A stretch of DNA of 64,000 nucleotides from a virus. Position 1 is the first letter of the stretch; each line of letters begins with the position of its first letter. The notes beneath the pieces are model-generated. The model searched no databases and was not told where the DNA came from. It saw only the letters and a list, made by a program, of their open reading frames with translations. Position numbers and translations under genes: made by a program. The stretch is from positions 1-64,000 of the IMG/VR virus record IMGVR_UViG_3300025127_000013; one strand, 5' to 3'. Below are positions 58,110 to 64,000 of the stretch, piece after piece.

Positions 58110-59156
58110 ATGGCTAAATTTTTAGATAAAAAAGAAAGAGTAATGGATATTAAGCTCACTAGCTATGGTAAACACTTGCTTTCAACAGGCAAATTTAAGC
58201 CTGTGTATTATGCATTTTATGATGACAATATAATTTATGATGGAGATTATATAAATAACAATGAATCACAGAATGGTGCCCATACAAGAATTAAAGAAGA
58301 AACACCATATATTGAAAGTCTAGTTTTGTTTGAAGATATAGACAACAAAATGCAAAAAATTCCAACAGTTGATGAAACTGGTTTAGGAATTATTAGTATC
58401 GATACTGTTCCGCTAGAATCAGAAAAGCCAAGAATAGACAACTTCAGATATGATAATGCAATCGGAGATGCACTTTTAAATGGAGAGCAACCAAATTTAG
58501 TGCCATCATGGAAGCTAATCAGTTTACAAAGCCACATAACTTCATCTGCAAGAACACAAACTGAAACATCAGTGGTACCAATTCCAATACCACAAATTAA
58601 TATATCAGCATCTTATAAAAAACAAATAGTAGATTCTACAGACATTAGTATCATACCTGATTCTATTACAGAAACTGAAATACAAACCTCTGTGTTTGCG
58701 GACAATAAGATTATTCAGCTTGTTATGGATGATCCAATCATTTATCTAGAAGAGGTAAACACTGAGCTATTAAACGAAAACTTTGAGATCGAGGTATTTG
58801 AATTGGAGCCCGGCTTAAAAAGTGAAAGTTTAACAAGAAAATATTTTGAATCTAAAAAAGAACAAATTGTAGATGGTATGATGGTCGCTGCAAATCCTAC
58901 CATCGATCAATCACAAAGTGATGGAGAAGAACCTCCTAATAATGATATACCATTTAGTAAAAATGCGGTAGAATATTATTTTACGATTCTTAAAGATAAG
59001 GATGTCGATCAAGAAATTGTTTGTAAATCAATGCAAAAATTTAATAAAGACAATTATTATGTTGATTTAGATTTTGATTGTAACACAGAAGATGAAGAAA
59101 ACTTTTTCAATGATATTTATGGTAGTGAGGTGGTTCCAGAAATATGCCTAGATTAA
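58110..59156 (+). CDS. Probable virion structural protein
   Basis: SD AAGGA; DIKLTSYGK.LLS.GKF...YYAF.DD.I.Y N-terminus; within the structural module. Confidence 0.7.
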   Translation: MAKFLDKKERVMDIKLTSYGKHLLSTGKFKPVYYAFYDDNIIYDGDYINNNESQNGAHTRIKEETPYIESLVLFEDIDNKMQKIPTVDETGLGIISIDTVPLESEKPRIDNFRYDNAIGDALLNGEQPNLVPSWKLISLQSHITSSARTQTETSVVPIPIPQINISASYKKQIVDSTDISIIPDSITETEIQTSVFADNKIIQLVMDDPIIYLEEVNTELLNENFEIEVFELEPGLKSESLTRKYFESKKEQIVDGMMVAANPTIDQSQSDGEEPPNNDIPFSKNAVEYYFTILKDKDVDQEIVCKSMQKFNKDNYYVDLDFDCNTEDEENFFNDIYGSEVVPEICLD

Positions 59157-62100
59157 CTTATAGTGGAGATACTACAGATTTATTTGGCAAGTTCTTGCCA
59201 ACTCCTGTATTTGATGGCATAAAAATTAAAAGTATATCTCCGTCAGACCAAGACATAATTGATGCAGGAAGATTGTATGGTGCTATTGCTGGACCTAATC
59301 CTGATATTAATCTTGCAAATGCAGCAAGACTTGAAGTAAAAACATCATTAATGTTTAATTCAGATGATTCTTTTACTCCAGAAGAATACTTTAATACTTT
59401 ATTAACAAACGGTGTTGATAATTCACCATCTTTATATTTAAATATCATTGCCATAAAGGAAAGCGATTCTAGTAAAAATCTTATAAACCAACTAAAAAAT
59501 GATAAGTTAAATCTTTCCAACATTCGTACCGCACTAGATTCAATCTCTGTTAGCACAGCTAGATATCATGATTTAAAAGGTACACCAACGGACATAACTT
59601 CTGATTTGATAGTGAACGATTTGCTAAATCGAACATCATACCAAGTATATTCGATACCCTACAGCACTAATGTTGCGAATTATAGTTACACTTCGGACTA
59701 TGATGAAGACGGAAATCCAATATTCAATACTGGTAACATAACATTTAGCTTTTTAATTTCAAACTTTAAAATTCTAGAAAATGTATCAATTTTTGCTTGT
59801 CTGTCTACTCGTGACATTAAAGACATATCGTTACAATCACGAGCCATGTTTACATTAAACTTTGGTGACATAAGCTATGAAGATGTTAAAATAGCTGGAA
59901 AAGTTGCAAAGTTTGGAGATGCGGTTTACATTGATTCAAATAATCTAGTTTACCCAAGCATGCCATTAATGGCTCTAGATTCAAAATTTTACAAAACCGA
60001 CAATGTTTCAAAGTTAGATTTAAATAAATCTCTTGATCCAATAATACAAAATTATAGCAAGTTTATGAAAAATGATAAGTCCTTGAAAAGACAAATTGAC
60101 AATATTATATTTGTAAGACAGAAATATTTTGCCTCCCCAGAATTACTGCCAAACCTTCAAAAAGCAAATAAATTATCACCTAGCAAAAGTCCTAACAATA
60201 ACATAGGCAGAATGTATGATGAAATTAGGATTGTGATTAATAATTTTAATGTTGCACTTTTAGGTGAACAAGAAGTAGTAAAAAGAATATTTAGAAATAA
60301 TAAAATCTTAGATTTAAGAGATCTATTTGATTTAGAGTTTGTTGGTTCATATGATCAAGAAAATGAAACTAATCCATTTATAGATAGAGACTACATTTAT
60401 ATGAACAAACTACATTCTAATGTGGCAAAATATGTACCTGTTTCTGACACTATGAATTGGCCCGGAAAGGCTGAGCTGCCGGTTACATCTGCAGAGTTGA
60501 GAGATAGAACAAATGAAAGAGTTTCTAGACTTAAACAAGAGATATTTAAATTATTTGAAGAATCAATAGCCAATAGTGTAGAAGATGTTGATATAAGTTC
60601 ACAAATAGACGATGCAAATAGATGGGTACAAGGATTTGTTAATTTCTGGAGTGGACAGATTGAGAGACTAGAGGCAGAAACAAGAGATGCACGGCGAGGC
60701 AATATCGAGTACGATGAAATCATCGCTTCGAGAGTAACAAATAGTCAGGTGTTTTTTGCAAAGGAAGATTCATTGGATGATATCAACACTGTTAGTGATA
60801 AAGAAGCAAGAGATATAAAATCATATGTCCTTAAACAATTTGGCCCTGCTCTAGCTCCGTCTCCATATTCGCCCAACCCAAATCCTAAAGGATTATCAGC
60901 CGGTAGAATGAATGAATTGTATGTTTGGCAAGCAGGCTCAGGCGGCCAAATACAACTTATTTTTCCAAGGGTCGTCGGCCCCGGGTATTTTCTTCCAAGA
61001 ATTGGTACAACCAGAAAAGACCATGTTGATCAAGCAAATACTGTTGTTGCAGAATATGATCTTTTTGATTCACAGTATTTAGAGACCACCTTTCCCAGAG
61101 AGAGCAGGGCCCGACGATTCTTTCGAGTTGCCCCTATATACGATAAAGACCGCTATGATTCATATATCGTCGGTATGATAATTCGCGGCCTCCAAAGGTT
61201 TAGAACGAACGATGGAGAAGTTTTTAAAGAAACTTTGCAAAATGATATTGTTAACTTTCTTACCGCTAATGGCAATTTATTGGAGGCTGAACTCGATGCC
61301 ACCGGCGAGCGAGATCAAACCAGCGATCTCTTGAGCAATGGACTACAAAAGAAATTTATTCAGGTTAGAAACTCGATTGTAAACAGCTTTAAATCCAAAA
61401 TTAATGACACCATTGATGAGATAGTAAACGATCCAAACTTACTAACTCAACTTTTGCAAGAAAATGAAAGAGATAATCTTGCATCGCAAATATTTACTAA
61501 GTTAGAAAGAAGTTTAAGATCTATTGTGCAAACTAATTTATCTTCTGATAGATACACAGCCGTTCTAGCAACCCCATATAACGATTACGAGTACCAAGAT
61601 AAGACAGCCAAAGCAAAATTAATTAAAACAGGCGACGATGATAACAAAGGTGTAATATACGGAAAATATCAAGGTTTGGATGATAGATATCAGCCCGGCT
61701 ATGCTTCTGGCGGGTCAATGTGGTATCATAAAATTGATTTGTCTGCATCGCTGAGAGAATCGATTAGAAGTGGGTTTAGTTCATTGGAAAATGAAGTAGA
61801 GAATTTGATTGAAAATATACTTGAAGAAGTATTGCAGCTTGAAAGTATAAACATGGATGGTAGATTATTTGATAAATTAGCTAATACAGATATAATCATT
61901 CAAAAATCAGGATATTTCTTTTTTGACTATGAAAAGTTTGTCAGGAGAAGATCTTTTATATCAAGGTATATTGATGTTGGCAGATTAGTAGATTTTTCAT
62001 CTCAAGGTAAAGAAATAACCAATGCTTCTATTAAGCTTGATCGCATTACATATTTTAATAGAACTTACAACACTCAAATGGAATTGAAAAAAGATCGTAC

Positions 62101-63106
62101 AATGCCACAAAATCCAGTTGAATACGAGAGCTTTAGATTTTTCACTAGCCGAGCCGAAGACGGTAAACTACTATCTTATCCAAGAGCACCTTTATCAACT
62201 GTATTATCTTTTGATGATTTCTTCAATACGACACCGGTGGCCGCTGTCCGGGCAACCCTACCGGTCGGTGCGGAGACCGTTACCGGAATTGAGTCTGTAG
62301 GCCCGGTCGTGACCGCCGCGACAGGACCAAAGTCAGTCGATGCATTCTCACAATTAGTTCAGAGAAATTTTAACTTTACTAATTTTAATGATGGTCTCTT
62401 AAGAGAGGGTATAACTTGGAAGGATGACTACAGATTAAATCTGTTCCAGTATAAATTTTTCATTGATGACGATAGATTTAATAGAGCAACAACCGTTGGT
62501 CCGTCTGGCATTGCATCTGTTAGTCCTACAAAAGAAGGTCACTCAAGAGATCTACATAGAATTACTATTAAAATTGAGGATGATTCATATCTAGCTTTAA
62601 TAGCTATAATTGATACTTACGATAGAATTTACACAAATTTTAAAAATAATTATTATGATTTGGCACTAGAACAATGTTCTTATAACGAATACTCTGAAAG
62701 ATTTAATGATTTTTTTGTATCAGCAATTAAAGAGAAATTTCCCGGTATTCTCAATCCATGGGCTAAAATGGTCTCTGTGTATGTGCAGTACATAAATATG
62801 TTTACAAATAGTTTTGAAGGTAGCTATGTAGAAATGGTTGATTTTGGAGAAAAAATGTTAAACAGCATTAGGCCCGAAACGGGAACTTTGGATCGGTTAG
62901 TAAGTGTAAATGATGCATTTGCTTCGTTTAATAATCGTTTACAAAATTTAAAAAATCTAGCAGAGGTGGATTATGAAACTTATAGTCGTACTCAAGTAAT
63001 AAGTATTGATAATGACATTGAAAGAGGTATATTGGATCACATCGCCGATCATTCTGTTTTGTCTAATTCATTGGAGCCATTTCCTGACCCACCGGAGTCT
63101 CTGTAA
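59144..63106 (+). CDS. Large (1320 aa) hypothetical protein, probable virion component
   Basis: Intact long ORF in the structural operon. Confidence 0.7.
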   Translation: MPRLTYSGDTTDLFGKFLPTPVFDGIKIKSISPSDQDIIDAGRLYGAIAGPNPDINLANAARLEVKTSLMFNSDDSFTPEEYFNTLLTNGVDNSPSLYLNIIAIKESDSSKNLINQLKNDKLNLSNIRTALDSISVSTARYHDLKGTPTDITSDLIVNDLLNRTSYQVYSIPYSTNVANYSYTSDYDEDGNPIFNTGNITFSFLISNFKILENVSIFACLSTRDIKDISLQSRAMFTLNFGDISYEDVKIAGKVAKFGDAVYIDSNNLVYPSMPLMALDSKFYKTDNVSKLDLNKSLDPIIQNYSKFMKNDKSLKRQIDNIIFVRQKYFASPELLPNLQKANKLSPSKSPNNNIGRMYDEIRIVINNFNVALLGEQEVVKRIFRNNKILDLRDLFDLEFVGSYDQENETNPFIDRDYIYMNKLHSNVAKYVPVSDTMNWPGKAELPVTSAELRDRTNERVSRLKQEIFKLFEESIANSVEDVDISSQIDDANRWVQGFVNFWSGQIERLEAETRDARRGNIEYDEIIASRVTNSQVFFAKEDSLDDINTVSDKEARDIKSYVLKQFGPALAPSPYSPNPNPKGLSAGRMNELYVWQAGSGGQIQLIFPRVVGPGYFLPRIGTTRKDHVDQANTVVAEYDLFDSQYLETTFPRESRARRFFRVAPIYDKDRYDSYIVGMIIRGLQRFRTNDGEVFKETLQNDIVNFLTANGNLLEAELDATGERDQTSDLLSNGLQKKFIQVRNSIVNSFKSKINDTIDEIVNDPNLLTQLLQENERDNLASQIFTKLERSLRSIVQTNLSSDRYTAVLATPYNDYEYQDKTAKAKLIKTGDDDNKGVIYGKYQGLDDRYQPGYASGGSMWYHKIDLSASLRESIRSGFSSLENEVENLIENILEEVLQLESINMDGRLFDKLANTDIIIQKSGYFFFDYEKFVRRRSFISRYIDVGRLVDFSSQGKEITNASIKLDRITYFNRTYNTQMELKKDRTMPQNPVEYESFRFFTSRAEDGKLLSYPRAPLSTVLSFDDFFNTTPVAAVRATLPVGAETVTGIESVGPVVTAATGPKSVDAFSQLVQRNFNFTNFNDGLLREGITWKDDYRLNLFQYKFFIDDDRFNRATTVGPSGIASVSPTKEGHSRDLHRITIKIEDDSYLALIAIIDTYDRIYTNFKNNYYDLALEQCSYNEYSERFNDFFVSAIKEKFPGILNPWAKMVSVYVQYINMFTNSFEGSYVEMVDFGEKMLNSIRPETGTLDRLVSVNDAFASFNNRLQNLKNLAEVDYETYSRTQVISIDNDIERGILDHIADHSVLSNSLEPFPDPPESL

Positions 63107-63669
63107 TGATTAAAATACCATTTGAAACATCGCAAATTAAAAAACAACCAAAGCTTCAAACTAAAAATAAAAATAAGTTTATATTAAGTGACAAAATTGT
63201 TAATAAAAATATTGAACCAACACTGTTTAATGTTCAAAATGCCGCAATTTCTATGAAGGCTATATCAAACCCAGCCGCTAGTCGTCCGGTTGTTAGAACA
63301 ATTGAAACCGACCTGCCAAAGATTTCTATCGCTACTTTAATTGAAATGAATGTTGGTCTTAGTAGTTTGAAAGAAGACTTTTCTTTATTAGAAGATAACA
63401 GCCCACAAATTGATTTATCAAACTCAAATATTATATCTAATGTTGAATTGGACAATCTTACTAACGAACCAATTAAACCCAGTGGGTTTGAACTAGCTAA
63501 CGATCCTTTCTACGAACTTGATGATAATAGATTGCCCGGAGCAAATAGCAATGACTTACAAAATGCAAAAGCTTTTATTCCTCCAATTGATTCTTCACAA
63601 ATACTAGAAGGTTTGCATGTTTTTAATCAAAGTGAAAATTATTTTGGCAAAAACAAATACTATAAATGA
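63106..63669 (+). CDS. Hypothetical protein
   Basis: TAATG coupling; 187 aa. Confidence 0.6.
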   Translation: MIKIPFETSQIKKQPKLQTKNKNKFILSDKIVNKNIEPTLFNVQNAAISMKAISNPAASRPVVRTIETDLPKISIATLIEMNVGLSSLKEDFSLLEDNSPQIDLSNSNIISNVELDNLTNEPIKPSGFELANDPFYELDDNRLPGANSNDLQNAKAFIPPIDSSQILEGLHVFNQSENYFGKNKYYK

Positions 63670-63679
63670 GAGATAATTA

Positions 63680-64000
63680 ATGAGTACAACGAATAATGCA
63701 ATATTTACTGATAGAGATAGAGATATAGAAGCTGGAAGTCTCGATGTATTAGAAGAAGATTTAACTACAGTTATTCCTAATAATACTCAATTAATGGTGG
63801 GCAGCAATGTCCTAACTGATGGCGAAGTCATTGATACTAATAGTTTTACATACGAAAATGCAGTGCTGAACATAGGCTTACAAACAGAAAATTTCTTAAA
63901 TATATCACCTGAACAATTTGAACTTTACTCTCAGACTTTAAACGACAGTATTGGTCTTATGGTTATTAATATGGACAATGTTACAGTAGTTGATGGTAAG
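63680..64000 (+). CDS. Hypothetical protein, N-terminal part (runs off the window)
   Basis: ATG at 63680 (MSTTNNAIFTDRDRDIE...), open to the window end. Confidence 0.65.
   Translation, partial: MSTTNNAIFTDRDRDIEAGSLDVLEEDLTTVIPNNTQLMVGSNVLTDGEVIDTNSFTYENAVLNIGLQTENFLNISPEQFELYSQTLNDSIGLMVINMDNVTVVDGK

Noticed and set aside
306-63455. All minus-strand ORFs in the track (e.g. 7227-8045, 54462-54896)
   Set aside because: They lie antisense to well-supported + strand genes, have shadow-like Ser/Phe/Leu-rich composition and no recognisable motifs

Overview
AT-rich, gene-dense, single-strand (+) fragment of a large (jumbo-type) T4-like myovirus genome read in the standard code; no credible minus-strand genes. 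Layout: (1) 1-8.7 kb, small to medium proteins, several sharing an N-terminal leader (MKLL[LF]E[NS]WRK[YF]) and many LxE sites, plus an RNA-ligase-like/HIGH nucleotidyltransferase fusion; probably head-packaged cargo. (2) 8.8-16.7 kb, accessory/regulatory block with sigma70-type promoters, a Fis-like HTH gene with tandem palindromic operators, a thioredoxin lipoprotein, tmRNA, three tRNAs (Asn, atypical Asn, Thr), an unannotated 20-aa 9-Cys peptide, HNH nuclease, PIN-PhoH, zincin and Cas4-like nuclease. (3) 16.7-32.3 kb, a ~19-gene glycan biosynthesis/modification island. (4) 33.1-64 kb, a gp55-like sigma factor followed by baseplate/tail genes (M15 peptidase, gp25-like, gp6-like, 3714-aa LamG protein and other large virion proteins). 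Across the window, CCWGG and RCGY appear strongly avoided, and a TANTTA motif recurs 4-5 nt before SD-less start codons. All family assignments are from motif recognition by eye; no database search was run.
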